A stretch of 64,000 nt of DNA from Longimicrobiales bacterium (GCA_965116905.1 OZ220732.1:3872001-3936000); one strand, 5' to 3'; counted from the first letter of the stretch, positions 19,051-29,281 are shown. Program-made: numbers and translations. Notes: generated by a model from the sequence alone, not told the origin.

Positions 19051-20342
19051 GGGAGGGTGGGTCCCGGCTGCGCCGGCGTTGGCACGCCTGGCGGCGCATC
19101 GGTGGGCGGCGCTCCGCCTGGCGACGCATCGGTGGGCGGCGCTCCGGTCGGCGGCGCTCCGGCCGGGCCCGACGCGGCCACCGCGCCCAGCGAGATCCCG
19201 GCCGGATACGTCCCGACCTCGATCGTCTGCACGACCTCCAGCGTCCGGGTGTCGATCTTCACCACCGTGCCCACGTCGGCGTTGTTTTCCACCCGGCGCG
19301 TGGGCGTGTAGGCGCCCTTCAGGTTCCGGTTCGACACGAAGAGGTAGCGGCCGTCGGCCGTCACCGCGCTGCCGTGCGGTTCCACGATGCCCGGCGCGGT
19401 GATCCGCCGCACGACGGACCAGCCCTCCGTCTCGACCACCACGACCGCGTCGTCGTCCTTGGCGCCGAAGTACACCCGGTCCCCGCTCGGCGAGAAGACC
19501 GGGTGCCACGGCTGGGTCCCCACATCGATCTCGGCAACGAGGCCGAGCGCCGGAGTCGTGGCGTCGAAGACCAGGAGCTTTCCGGTGAGCTGCGTCGTGG
19601 CGACGAGATGGCGGCCGTCGGGAGACAGCGCGAACTGCACGAGGGTGTGGGGCGGTCCCTCGATGTCCACCAGTTCCAGCGCCTCGGTGCCGCCTTCCAC
19701 CACCGCGACGCGGTTCTCGACCAGCGAGGCCGTGAAGATGCGGTTCGTGGCCGGGTCGATGGTCAGCGCGTGCGGCCGCGGGAAGAACACGTCCAGCTCC
19801 TGGACGGTCATGTCGTCGCGGTCGATCTCGCCGATGCGCTGGGGCGGATTGACCGCCATCATCGAACGGCCCACGTAGAGCCGGTCGCTGGACGGGTCGA
19901 TGGACAACAGCCCGGGCGTCTCGAAGGGCGCGCGGCTGACCAGTTCATTGTCCGCGTTGAAGCGGAGGACGTTGCCGCCGCCGATCAGCGAGACGTACCA
20001 GTGGCTGCCGTCCGGGTCGACCGCCGTGTGGTGGGGGCGGCAGTTGGGGTCGAAGCCGAGCTGGGTGAGGTCGATGGTCTGGAGGACCGTTCCCGACGCC
20101 GCGTCGATGACGGAAACGCTGGCGGCGGCCTGGTTGGCAACGTACACGCGCTCGGCCGTTGCGGTCTGGCCGTGCGCGACCGTCGCGGCGCCGTTCAGTG
20201 CCGCGGCAGCGAAGGCCGGCAGGACCGCGAGGAGTCCGTGGACGAGGGCGCCCGAGCGGCGAGAGTGCCGAGAGCGGCGACCGTGGCGAGGCGCCGGGCC
20301 GGCTTGGCGCGTTGCCGCGCGAGGGGTAAGCGACAAGGTCAT
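19047..20342 (-). CDS. YncE/YVTN beta-propeller protein with GAPPT-repeat tail
   Basis: VYVANQ..SVSVID, PH/PWH blades; low-complexity C-terminus. Confidence 0.82.
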   Translation of the reverse strand: MTLSLTPRAATRQAGPAPRHGRRSRHSRRSGALVHGLLAVLPAFAAAALNGAATVAHGQTATAERVYVANQAAASVSVIDAASGTVLQTIDLTQLGFDPNCRPHHTAVDPDGSHWYVSLIGGGNVLRFNADNELVSRAPFETPGLLSIDPSSDRLYVGRSMMAVNPPQRIGEIDRDDMTVQELDVFFPRPHALTIDPATNRIFTASLVENRVAVVEGGTEALELVDIEGPPHTLVQFALSPDGRHLVATTQLTGKLLVFDATTPALGLVAEIDVGTQPWHPVFSPSGDRVYFGAKDDDAVVVVETEGWSVVRRITAPGIVEPHGSAVTADGRYLFVSNRNLKGAYTPTRRVENNADVGTVVKIDTRTLEVVQTIEVGTYPAGISLGAVAASGPAGAPPTGAPPTDASPGGAPPTDAPPGVPTPAQPGPTLP

Positions 20343-20376
20343 CACTGCGCCTTTCGACCGGGAGAACACTCTCACG

Positions 20377-20414
20377 TCAGGAGACGGGCGTGCGCATCAG
20401 GAGACGGGCGTGCG
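20377..20414. repeat. 18-bp duplication of the last codons and stop of the choice-of-anchor B gene
   Basis: tcaggagacgggcgtgcg at 20377 and 20397. Confidence 0.88.
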
Positions 20415-22784
20415 GTTCCGCTTCTTGACCAGGAACAGTCCCTGTGACCCCGAAGTCACGACGATGACCCCGGATGCGAAGAACGGATAGTTGCTCCAGG
20501 AACCGTCCATCGACGGGGAGTCCTCGCCCGGCACCGTGTCGAAGAACGCGACTTCGAGCGGGTTGACCGCATCGGAGATGTCCAGAACACGCAGTCCGCT
20601 GTTGTAGTTGGACTGGTACATCAGGTCGCCGACGATGTAGAGGTTGTGATCGCTGGCCGTGTTTTCCGAAATATGCTCCTTGACCATGATCGGCTCGTCC
20701 AGGTCGCTGACGTCCCAGATGAGAGTCCGCGTCCCCTGCGTGAGCCCGCCCACCTCGTCCAGCTCGTCGTTCATGTAGAAGTAGGCCTGATCCTCGGTGA
20801 GCCAGCCCTGATGCGTGTAGGCGGCGTTGGGGTATACGCCCATCGCCAGGGCGATCGGATTGTCCTTGTCGGTGACGTCGGCGATGCTCAGCGCGGTCTC
20901 GTTGGAGCCGAAGCAGATCTCCTTGCCGGCATGCTCCTGGTCGGGTCCGTCGTAGATGACGCACTGCGCGTCATGGGAGTAGCCGGTGCCCGACCTGCCC
21001 GTGGTCGGGTCGGCGAAGCACCCCACGAAGACCGGGTCCTGGGGCTCCTGGATGTTGATCATGTGGAGCCCGCCGCCACAGGTGTCGCCGCCCCCGCTGC
21101 TGCCGACGGCGTACGCGAACCCTGTTTCCTCGTTGATCACGATGTTGTGAACGCTGTTGACCCGGTCGTAGTGCGCGTTCATGTCGAAGGTGAGCATCTC
21201 GCCGGCGAAGTCGCGCAGCCGTGTGAGGTCGAACACCTGCATGCCGTGGTCGGCCGCCCCGTCCGCCACGATGAACACGTGATCGCGATAGACCTTCATG
21301 TCCCTCCAGATGCTTCCTGGCGCCCATTCCGGCTTGGGCAGGTTGCCGACGACGACCGGGTTGACCGGGTCGGTCACATCCACGAAGGACGTGCCGTCCA
21401 TCCGTCCGACTATGGCGTAGTCGCGCTGGGAATCGGGATCCGTCCATCCCCACACGTCGTTGACGCGCACGCCGCGGCTGCCGCCCAGATCCTCGACCGG
21501 CACGAACGAGACCAGGTCCACATCGCTGCACCCGAACGCGGACGCGCTCCCCTCGGCGCAGTCGACCTGGCCGCCGAGCACGGGGTCCATTCCCGTGATG
21601 TCCGTGAAGACGGAGTAACCCTCGGTCCAGCCGTCACCGTCACGCTCGAGGATCAGTGTCGTGCCCGCGCCGTAGTCGTCCCGGGGCATCCCCGAGACCA
21701 GCACCCCGTTGCCGTAGGCCACCCTCGTGCCCATCCAGGCTCCGGGTGTGGGTGCGGGATCGGTCAGCTTCATCGCGGAGGCCCAGCCACCCGCACCGTC
21801 GCCGACAAACTCGTAGATGCCGCCCCTGCGAGTGTCCACCCCCGGAGCGCCCACCCAGAGCGTCGGTCCGTCGGTCGCCATTGTGGACCCGAACTGGTCT
21901 CCGGGAGATCCGTCGAAGGCGCCGAGCTGGCCCACCGCGGTCCACGCACCGTCGTCGCTACCGTCGCCGCGAGCGAAGACGAACACCGCCCCCGGGTCGT
22001 TCAACGTATGCCCTGCGGCCACGAGGATACGGTCTTCCATGATCAGCGCGGAGGTGCCCAGGTAGGTTCCGCCTGCTGCTGCGAGCTCGGCGGTCATGGC
22101 CCACCCGTCGGGGCCGTTTTGGTAGACGAACGCGACACCCATCGCGGAATCGGCAACCGGAGCACCCACGACCAGCAGGTCGTCGGAAAGCGCGATCGCT
22201 CCGCCGAAACCGATCCTCTCCCCTGGCCGGGGGGACTCCAGCTCGGCCTCCTGGATCCAGGAGCCGTCGACGTGGCGGAACAGCCGGACGGTTCCGTCCT
22301 GGCGCATCGAGGCCGTGGCCACCGCCGCGCGATCGCCACTCAGCGCCGCGAGGCCCATCATCGTACCTTCGGGAAACCCATCGGCGACGACCATCCCGTC
22401 ATGGGTCCACCCGGTCCCCGTGCGGACGTACGAATGGATGCCACCGCCCTGGGGCGAGCGCGGGTTCATGGCAGTCACGAGCATCCGGTCCCGCGATACG
22501 GCGATCCCGTAGCCGAATCCGTCGCCGACGGAGGGCTCCGGGGCCGTCAGCCGGCCGGCTTCGACCCAGCGGTTCCCCTCCCGAACGTAGGTGTAGATGC
22601 CCCCTTCGCTGGAGCCGCCAAACGCGGGGTCCGCCACCAGCACCTCGTTGCCCCAGACCGCCACGCTTCCTCCGAACCCCTGCGCAACCAGCGAGCCGGG
22701 GAGCAGTACCACCGCCACCAGCCCTGCGCGAACAACCGTCGACACTCTTCCCATTTTCCCTTTCCTGACCATCATCGATGACAA
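20397..22784 (-). CDS. Choice-of-anchor B family protein with N-terminal FG-GAP repeats
   Basis: NDVWGWTDP, WRDMKVY, HDAQC, YTHQGWL, HNLY, GSWSNYPFF. Confidence 0.88.
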   Translation of the reverse strand: MSSMMVRKGKMGRVSTVVRAGLVAVVLLPGSLVAQGFGGSVAVWGNEVLVADPAFGGSSEGGIYTYVREGNRWVEAGRLTAPEPSVGDGFGYGIAVSRDRMLVTAMNPRSPQGGGIHSYVRTGTGWTHDGMVVADGFPEGTMMGLAALSGDRAAVATASMRQDGTVRLFRHVDGSWIQEAELESPRPGERIGFGGAIALSDDLLVVGAPVADSAMGVAFVYQNGPDGWAMTAELAAAGGTYLGTSALIMEDRILVAAGHTLNDPGAVFVFARGDGSDDGAWTAVGQLGAFDGSPGDQFGSTMATDGPTLWVGAPGVDTRRGGIYEFVGDGAGGWASAMKLTDPAPTPGAWMGTRVAYGNGVLVSGMPRDDYGAGTTLILERDGDGWTEGYSVFTDITGMDPVLGGQVDCAEGSASAFGCSDVDLVSFVPVEDLGGSRGVRVNDVWGWTDPDSQRDYAIVGRMDGTSFVDVTDPVNPVVVGNLPKPEWAPGSIWRDMKVYRDHVFIVADGAADHGMQVFDLTRLRDFAGEMLTFDMNAHYDRVNSVHNIVINEETGFAYAVGSSGGGDTCGGGLHMINIQEPQDPVFVGCFADPTTGRSGTGYSHDAQCVIYDGPDQEHAGKEICFGSNETALSIADVTDKDNPIALAMGVYPNAAYTHQGWLTEDQAYFYMNDELDEVGGLTQGTRTLIWDVSDLDEPIMVKEHISENTASDHNLYIVGDLMYQSNYNSGLRVLDISDAVNPLEVAFFDTVPGEDSPSMDGSWSNYPFFASGVIVVTSGSQGLFLVKKRNRTPVS

Positions 22785-22881
22785 GGCGACAAGATAGTAA
22801 GGCTGGCACTAAAGGTGCGCGCGGACAAGACTACATTCAGGTGTCGCTGGGGAGATTCAGGCATCGGCGAGGAGACGCAAC

Positions 22882-23667
22882 ATGCATGTCACCTACTTCA
22901 TTCCGGGGCCGCTCTCGCGCGGTCCTCTCGGGTCCGGGGAACTGGAGCGGCGCCGGGCGTATCTGGAACGCCACGCGGCTCCCGGCACAACCGTTGCGGT
23001 TCAGGACAGCGAGGACGGACCGGCGTCAATCGAAAGCTCGGCGGAGGAAGCCCTGAGCGTGCCGTCCCTGCTGGCCGCGGCTCCCCGGCTCGAGTCGAGC
23101 GGAACGAATGCCATCATCGTAGGCTGTTTCGGTGATCCCGGACTATGCGCCGTCCGTGAGGTCACCGGCATTCCCGTGGTGGGTCCCGGCCAGGCGAGCG
23201 GCCACCTTGCGGCCCAGCTCGGCGATCGCTTTGCGGTTTTGACGGTGGTGGACGAGGTGGTTCCCTCCGTGTACAGGCAGATGCGTGGTCACGGCCTGGA
23301 GGGGTTCGTCTCGGAGGTGCGGGCGGTGGAGGTGCCGGTTCTGGAGCTGCGCAGCCGGCGCGACGAGGTGCTGGTCACGCTTGAAGGCGAGGGGCGCGCG
23401 GCCATATCGAACGGTGCCGACACGATCGTCCTCGGATGCATGACGATGGGCTTTCTGGACGTCGCACGGGATTTGCAAGCGCGTCTGGGCGTGCCGGTCG
23501 TCAATCCCGCCGTGGCTGCGCTCAAGGCTGCAGAGGGAATGGTCGCGTCCGGTCTGGTGCCGTCCGCGCGTGCCTATCCGACCCCTCGCAAGGAGCTGAA
23601 GGAGGCCGGCGTTGCGGCAACCTCAGGACAGCGCGACAACCAGCGGGGCAGCCACCCGCTTGAGTAG
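22882..23667 (+). CDS. Asp/Glu/hydantoin racemase family
   Basis: GPASIES, GCFGDPG, LGCM. Confidence 0.88.
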   Translation: MHVTYFIPGPLSRGPLGSGELERRRAYLERHAAPGTTVAVQDSEDGPASIESSAEEALSVPSLLAAAPRLESSGTNAIIVGCFGDPGLCAVREVTGIPVVGPGQASGHLAAQLGDRFAVLTVVDEVVPSVYRQMRGHGLEGFVSEVRAVEVPVLELRSRRDEVLVTLEGEGRAAISNGADTIVLGCMTMGFLDVARDLQARLGVPVVNPAVAALKAAEGMVASGLVPSARAYPTPRKELKEAGVAATSGQRDNQRGSHPLE

Positions 23668-25410
23668 CCACGACGCTTCCGTGAAGCCGGCTACCACCTG
23701 GTTGACCTGGCGCCGCAGGTCGGTCACCACGAATGGAAACAGCTCCGGCTCCTCTTCCTCCTTCAGGGCGGCCAGCTCGGGCACTCTGGCAAGCCTGGGA
23801 ATGGGAACCCGAGGCGTCGCCGGATCGTGCTCGAACCGGGGTCCTGCGGCGTATCCGATGGGAACCAGGATCCGTGCCAGTCGAAGCAGCGTCTCGTTTG
23901 CCACATCAGGTTCGAGACTGCCGTCTTCGATCGTGTCGTAGAAGGCGTTCAGCCGCTCCAACAGTTCATCGTAGGCATCTCTTACCGGCGCCAGGTTGAA
24001 CACCTTGCCGAGGTCCTTGTCGATCGTTTCTTCATACGCCGCCAGAGCATCTCCCAGTTCGGCCATCGTCGCCCGGAAATCCAGTGGCAGCACTTCGTCG
24101 TCGAGGAACCTCCCGATGGCGGTCAGATAGACCCGGAGGTCGCGTTCCAGGTTGGCGCGGTCCGCGACCTCGATCCGATCCTTCTCGGTGTGCCACGCGA
24201 TGTTGCCCCCGCAGCCGCCCACGGGATAGAACCCGAGCCGGTCCCGCTCCTCCTCGGGGATGTTGGACAGCAGCATGAAAAACGAGGTAAGGCCGATCTG
24301 GTCAAACGAATAGTCCCCCGCCCTCAGGGGCCGCTGGCGGGTCGGCTCGACACCCGCCACGGAATGGATGGAGGACCGGCAGACCTCTTCCGCCTCGGCC
24401 ATCCACGGTACGGCGTCATACTCGGTCGCGCCCCAGCACCCCGGCGAGTCGATGTTGACCGCGGCCACGCACTGCCGGGAGAGTTCGAGAGCGAACTGGT
24501 CCGCGTACCAGGTCGAGCCACCGTAGCGGCCGGTGGAATGCGCAGGCCACCAGGCCACCCGTAGCGACCGCCGCAGGTCCTCCCGGTGTTGGTAGAAGAT
24601 GTGCGCCAACTCGAGCAGGGTCGCGTCGCCCACCGCATTGTCGCCGATCCCGACGTCCCACGAGTCGTAGTGGCCGTGCGCGAGGACGAACTCCTCCTCT
24701 CGGCCATCGATGCGCGCGACAGGGAGCTGGCAGGGGTACCAGCCTTCCTCGAGGTCGGTGTGGAGCGTAATCGCGTCCAGCCCGTCCGCGATCGCTTCCA
24801 CCAACTGGTTCCCGTCCCAGCGATCAATGGCTGCCACCGGGCTGGTGGGACGCTGCCCCAGCTGCGACGCACCCGGCGTACCCCACACGGTCGTGCAGAT
24901 TCCCCAGTGGACGCGGCTGCCCGGATTGATGTACACCTGGCCGGCGGCGCCCGCGGCCTCGAAGCGCGCGACGGACACGGGCATCGGCATCCCCTCGGTC
25001 ACCACGATCTTGCCGGCAATGTCGTCCGGGAGTGAACCATGCGCAGACTTGAACAGATCGGCGGCGTCGGTCGACGGGTTGGCCGGAACGTGGACGGGCG
25101 GCGCCGTCTGTCCCTTCGGGGGGGTCGACGCCGAGAACGAGGGCGGCTTGCCGGCGAAGCGCTCGCCCCCGAATTCGACCGATGCCCCCCGGGGTATGGA
25201 CAGGTAGAGGTCCGGCTCGTAGACGTCGTGGGGGATGCCCGCTTGCTGAAGGCGCGACACGATGTAGTGGGCGGCCGCACGCTCGTCCGGCGACCCGGAC
25301 TCGCGCACGAGCACCGCGAATCGCTCGATCAGGCTCCATCCTTCCGAGCCCTCCTCGAATGACACCTTTGACAGCAGAGATTCGATCAGACTGTTGGTAC
25401 CTCGGGACAT
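23623..25410 (-). CDS. M28 family peptidase with PA domain
   Basis: HGHYDSW, DNAVG, NIDSPG, WHT; start ATG 25410. Confidence 0.85.
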   Translation of the reverse strand: MSRGTNSLIESLLSKVSFEEGSEGWSLIERFAVLVRESGSPDERAAAHYIVSRLQQAGIPHDVYEPDLYLSIPRGASVEFGGERFAGKPPSFSASTPPKGQTAPPVHVPANPSTDAADLFKSAHGSLPDDIAGKIVVTEGMPMPVSVARFEAAGAAGQVYINPGSRVHWGICTTVWGTPGASQLGQRPTSPVAAIDRWDGNQLVEAIADGLDAITLHTDLEEGWYPCQLPVARIDGREEEFVLAHGHYDSWDVGIGDNAVGDATLLELAHIFYQHREDLRRSLRVAWWPAHSTGRYGGSTWYADQFALELSRQCVAAVNIDSPGCWGATEYDAVPWMAEAEEVCRSSIHSVAGVEPTRQRPLRAGDYSFDQIGLTSFFMLLSNIPEEERDRLGFYPVGGCGGNIAWHTEKDRIEVADRANLERDLRVYLTAIGRFLDDEVLPLDFRATMAELGDALAAYEETIDKDLGKVFNLAPVRDAYDELLERLNAFYDTIEDGSLEPDVANETLLRLARILVPIGYAAGPRFEHDPATPRVPIPRLARVPELAALKEEEEPELFPFVVTDLRRQVNQVVAGFTEASWLLKRVAAPLVVALS

Positions 25411-25590
25411 GACTTCCACGGGTTGGAGGCGTCGTGTTCCGGGAGTACAATAACCCACCCCGCAACCCCAACGACCCGTGAGTCCGCCCCGGCGTTGGCA
25501 CCGAGCCGGGAAAACAATCCCTCGGAATGACCGATTCTGTCGGATGAAGGAGCGCGGCGGTCGCAGCTCTGACGATCGACGGCACGCGGC

Positions 25591-26295
25591 TCACCAGTCC
25601 ATGGCGTCCGGCTCGGGCTCGTAGATCGCGAACCCCTTGCGGGTGATCAGGAAAGAGCCCGTCAGGACGAGCGCTGCGCCGACCAAAGCACCGCCGATGG
25701 CGATCGCCAGGGTGTGGTCGCTGGCCATGATGGCCTGGATCAACCGCAACGGACCCCCGAAGAGGCGGTCGACGAGGTACCCACCCGCCATGACCGCCCC
25801 CAGAGCAACCATCGCACCATAGGGAACCAGCAGCTTGATCTTGAAGCGAAGCACAAGCGCAAGGAGCACGGCCGACATCACCGAGAGCATGGTCCAGGCT
25901 CCCAGAAAGGCGGCGATGATGATGCGGATCAAGCCCAGGTCTCCCAGAAACGCGGGGCCCACGATACCACCAGCCGCAGCCATCGGCACTGCTCCCAGCG
26001 CCGCAATAAGGACCAGCGCCGTTAGGCGGGCTCCCGCAAGCGTCAAGGGGGTTACGGGGAGTGTGGTGAGCACCTCCAGGTTGCCCGTCATCCTGTCCTG
26101 AAGCGCATCAAACGGTATCTGCATGCCAAGTGCGCCACCAACCGCAGCTAGCCCGAAGCTCAGCACAGACGTTGGGGATTCCACCATGAGCGAGAAGACC
26201 ACAACCGCCAAGAGGAAGACACCAATTCGCACCAAGCCCTGGCGGAAACGTCGCAACTCGAGTCCCACCAGAGTCCAATAGGGTTGATCAGTCAT
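25591..26295 (-). CDS. ABC-2 type permease
   Basis: About 6 TM segments; D...G.LE.L.TLPV motif; start overlaps ATPase stop. Confidence 0.8.
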   Translation of the reverse strand: MTDQPYWTLVGLELRRFRQGLVRIGVFLLAVVVFSLMVESPTSVLSFGLAAVGGALGMQIPFDALQDRMTGNLEVLTTLPVTPLTLAGARLTALVLIAALGAVPMAAAGGIVGPAFLGDLGLIRIIIAAFLGAWTMLSVMSAVLLALVLRFKIKLLVPYGAMVALGAVMAGGYLVDRLFGGPLRLIQAIMASDHTLAIAIGGALVGAALVLTGSFLITRKGFAIYEPEPDAMDW

Positions 26296-27004
26296 CGGAT
26301 TCCAAGGCTGAAATGAGGATTTGCGAGAGGGGAGCACCGGGATCGCGTTCCGCCAGCTCCTTCGTGGTGACGTCTTCGAGGATCCGTCCCTGCCGCATCA
26401 GGATGACGCGCTCGGCAATGAACTCCACGTCTTCGAGGATGTGACTGGAAAAGAGGACGAGACGATCACCGCCCGTGGGTGCGCAATCGCCGATGATCTT
26501 CAGTAACTCGCGGCGCTTGACCGGATCGATGGCCGTGGTGGGCTCGTCGAGTATGAGGACAGGTGGCCGGTGCGCCTCGGCCGTTACCAGAGACAGCTTG
26601 ACCGACATGCCCCTGGAAAGCGTGCCCACCTTCGACGCGCCCGGAAGCTCAAGGCGAGTGAGGAGTTCCTGTTCGTAGTCGCGGTCCCAGGTGGGGAAGA
26701 AGGTCGAGAGGAACCGCAGGTGCTCGTCGATGGTCATCCACCCGAATCCGAGCAGGCGTTCAGGGAGAAACCCGATGCGCGCCCTGACCCCCGGCAACTG
26801 GGCCTTGATGTCGCCTCCGTCCACCTCCACCCGGCCCTCGTATTCCCGAAGCCGACCCGCAATCGCCTTGAGGGTCGTGCTCTTCCCGGCCCCGTTCGCG
26901 CCAACCAACGCAACGCGTTCTCCCGGATCGACGGTCAAGTCCATCGGCTCCAGGAAGAAGTTGGAATACCGGACGCTGAATCCCCGCAGCCTCACCCCCG
27001 CCAT
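26288..27004 (-). CDS. ABC transporter ATP-binding protein
   Basis: GANGAGKST, LSRGM, LILDEPT, SSH; start ATG 27004. Confidence 0.92.
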   Translation of the reverse strand: MAGVRLRGFSVRYSNFFLEPMDLTVDPGERVALVGANGAGKSTTLKAIAGRLREYEGRVEVDGGDIKAQLPGVRARIGFLPERLLGFGWMTIDEHLRFLSTFFPTWDRDYEQELLTRLELPGASKVGTLSRGMSVKLSLVTAEAHRPPVLILDEPTTAIDPVKRRELLKIIGDCAPTGGDRLVLFSSHILEDVEFIAERVILMRQGRILEDVTTKELAERDPGAPLSQILISALESDD

Positions 27005-27048
27005 GTGGCAACCCCCACGCCGCCCGCCCACCCTCTCTCTCGTCCGCT

Positions 27049-27729
27049 CTACAATGTGACCCATGCTCGCGCTCCTGAAAAGGCCACCATCACGCCCCAG
27101 AAGAAAAGCGCCAGTCCGAGAGACGGCCGGAGCTCGGGGCCGTCGCACCGACGCAGAGCAATCACGAGGAACCCGAACCAGAGGAAATGACCCACCGAAA
27201 AACTCTGGGCGACCGCTAGCAGACCCGGGTTTGTGGCTGGGACGAAGGCAGCCACCCCCAGGTTGGCCTGGAGATCCGCGGGCGAGGTCGGGCTCCCACC
27301 TGTGGCCCAGTGCAGATAGAGGGCCTGCAACACGCCCTGCGCCGCCAAAATGGCCTCTCCATATAGCAATACGGAGAGCATCGGTCGGACGCGCCGCCGC
27401 GAGTTCGCCAGCACAAGCACAGCCCAACCCAGGGCTGTGAGAAGCCCCGCCTTGAGCAGGTGAACCAGGGGCGACATAACCGCTACTACCCCCAGTACAA
27501 AGAGAGTCCCCTGGGCAATCTCCGGTCCCTGGGTTGCCATGGCACTCAATACCAACGGCCGTAGCGAGAACGCCGCTACTACAGAGAACACCCATCCGAT
27601 CACCAGGGGTGGTACGATAGGGCGATGATCGCGAATGTCGTCCAGGCTGGGAACGAGCATGTTAAGAAAGTGCCGCAGCCGTCCCAGTATCCGTTGCATG
27701 CCTCCGGCGGCCCCCTCTTGTCCACTCAT
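27049..27729 (-). CDS. Yip1-like multi-pass membrane protein
   Basis: About 5 TM segments, 226 aa; ATGA overlap with redoxin stop. Confidence 0.6.
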   Translation of the reverse strand: MSGQEGAAGGMQRILGRLRHFLNMLVPSLDDIRDHRPIVPPLVIGWVFSVVAAFSLRPLVLSAMATQGPEIAQGTLFVLGVVAVMSPLVHLLKAGLLTALGWAVLVLANSRRRVRPMLSVLLYGEAILAAQGVLQALYLHWATGGSPTSPADLQANLGVAAFVPATNPGLLAVAQSFSVGHFLWFGFLVIALRRCDGPELRPSLGLALFFWGVMVAFSGARAWVTL

Positions 27730-28268
27730 GACTTGGATTCTCCCATTCCGGTGATTGCCGCGACGTTCTCCGCAAGCATGTTCCTGTTGCTGCGTCCGAC
27801 TCGTATGATCCGGACCGTGTCGGTCTCGTCGACCCAAAAGGTCGCCGGCACCGCGTTGACCCCCAGAGCCCTGCCCACACTTCCGTCTCGGTCGTGTACC
27901 GTCCTGGCGCGAAGCGATGGGGGAACCCACGTCGCGCTTTCCATGACCGACCTGGGAGATGCCACCACCCAGACCGCTACACCGCCCGCGTCACCACCCA
28001 CCACCGACTCCCACAATCCCAACTCCGCCTCGCAATGAACGCACCTGCGATCCACATAGATCAAAGCCGTCGCACCAGCGCCGCTCGCCCGGTATGTCCA
28101 CATCTCCGACTCGCCGATCCAACCCGAGACGGGTGGAAGCACCCAGGGCGGAGCTTCGGGGCCATCCCCTTTCCCGCCCATCCACACAAATGGCATAATC
28201 GCTAGACCCGAAACACAAGCCGCCACCACCAATGCTGCAGTCTTCTGACGTATCGATCGTTGTGGCAT
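27726..28268 (-). CDS. Membrane-anchored thioredoxin-fold redoxin (TlpA-like)
   Basis: N-terminal TM, CVHC motif, GVNAVPAT cis-Pro loop; GGAGG before ATG 28268. Confidence 0.8.
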   Translation of the reverse strand: MPQRSIRQKTAALVVAACVSGLAIMPFVWMGGKGDGPEAPPWVLPPVSGWIGESEMWTYRASGAGATALIYVDRRCVHCEAELGLWESVVGGDAGGVAVWVVASPRSVMESATWVPPSLRARTVHDRDGSVGRALGVNAVPATFWVDETDTVRIIRVGRSNRNMLAENVAAITGMGESKS

Positions 28269-28286
28269 CTCAATGACTCCTCCCAC

Positions 28287-28323
28287 AGGGGGACCCGGAC
28301 GCAGCCGCTGCCCGGGTCCCCCT
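28287..28323. terminator. GC-rich stem-loop between the precursor array and the redoxin gene
   Basis: agggggacccgg / ccgggtccccct, 12-bp perfect inverted repeat with inner gcagc/gctgc; no clear U-tract on the minus strand. Confidence 0.6.
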
Positions 28324-28341
28324 CCGCTTTCCCGTTTTGGC

Positions 28342-28641
28342 CTAGAACGCGACGTAGCAAGTGACTGCGCACCGCACCAGGTCCACAATGTCACTTTGTT
28401 GGCTGGCAGAAACGCCGACAAGGCACCGCACGCACAGTCCCTGCAATATGAACAGCGTTGGGATTGTGCCGATATACTGGCCGCCGATAACGCGCTCGGT
28501 CATCTGTGTCTCGAAGAATGTCTCCATCGAGCCCGTGTCGGAGTTCACACCGTACCCTGCACCTGATCCGCCGCTGGTCGCTAAGACTGCGACGATAGCC
28601 GTCACCCCCAAGCCTCGGACGATCCTGTTTGTTGTCCTCAT
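28342..28641 (-). CDS. Precursor peptide 5 (signal + VIGG + CVRC-X17-CAVTC)
   Basis: 99 aa; shares the architecture of four neighbours. Confidence 0.8.
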   Translation of the reverse strand: MRTTNRIVRGLGVTAIVAVLATSGGSGAGYGVNSDTGSMETFFETQMTERVIGGQYIGTIPTLFILQGLCVRCLVGVSASQQSDIVDLVRCAVTCYVAF

Positions 28642-28680
28642 CTTACCCCCTGTCTTTCTCTACACAAGAAGACCAGATCC

Positions 28681-28974
28681 CTAGAGATCATCTGCAAAGG
28701 CCACGCCGCACAGGAACCCACAACCCATCAAAGCGATGGCGCCTGCTCCACCCGACACAACCGTTGTCGCTAGACCCCCTGCAGCGCATCCTATGCATCC
28801 CAACTTCTTCCACCATCCCTGCCCTTGAATCACGGTTGAAGTCGATGCTGCCACCGAACGCGTTTCCAACGCCACATCCAGTTCGGTACCGCCTCCTGCT
28901 CCTCGCAGTGACCCCGCCATCAGCACCGCGACCATTACGGCTCCCATGAACCGTCTATTCCGTAGTCTCTTCAT
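28681..28974 (-). CDS. Precursor peptide 4 (signal + IQGQG + CIGC-X21-CGFLC)
   Basis: AGGAGG RBS overlapping the upstream stop; ATG 28974. Confidence 0.85.
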   Translation of the reverse strand: MKRLRNRRFMGAVMVAVLMAGSLRGAGGGTELDVALETRSVAASTSTVIQGQGWWKKLGCIGCAAGGLATTVVSGGAGAIALMGCGFLCGVAFADDL

Positions 28975-28984
28975 CGTTTTCCTC

Positions 28985-29281
28985 CTAGAAGTATGTAGCT
29001 TTTGCAAGCTTCCCACATGCAAAACCGCAAGCAATGCCCAGGAAGCCTCCAACGCCAGTTATTGTTACCAGAACGATCGTGCCGGCGATGCACCCCCAGC
29101 ACGCCAGATTGAGGCCCGTGTTCTGAGCGCCCACGACGGTTTCCTCCAACACCATGCTTGTCTCGACCGCTCTGGTACCGTCGACGGCGGCTTGTGCTTG
29201 CCGATTCCCCGCGGTTGTGGCGTTCGCCAGCGCAACCACGGTCAAGACCCGTAGCACTGTTGTAATGCTCGTACTCTTCAT
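28985..29281 (-). CDS. Precursor peptide 3 (signal + VVGA + CWGC-X20-CGFAC)
   Basis: ATG 29281, purine-rich RBS. Confidence 0.85.
   Translation of the reverse strand: MKSTSITTVLRVLTVVALANATTAGNRQAQAAVDGTRAVETSMVLEETVVGAQNTGLNLACWGCIAGTIVLVTITGVGGFLGIACGFACGKLAKATYF

Noticed and set aside
23623..23667. 45-bp convergent overlap of racemase and M28 peptidase
   Set aside because: Short 3' overlaps are common in GC-rich genomes; no sign of function.
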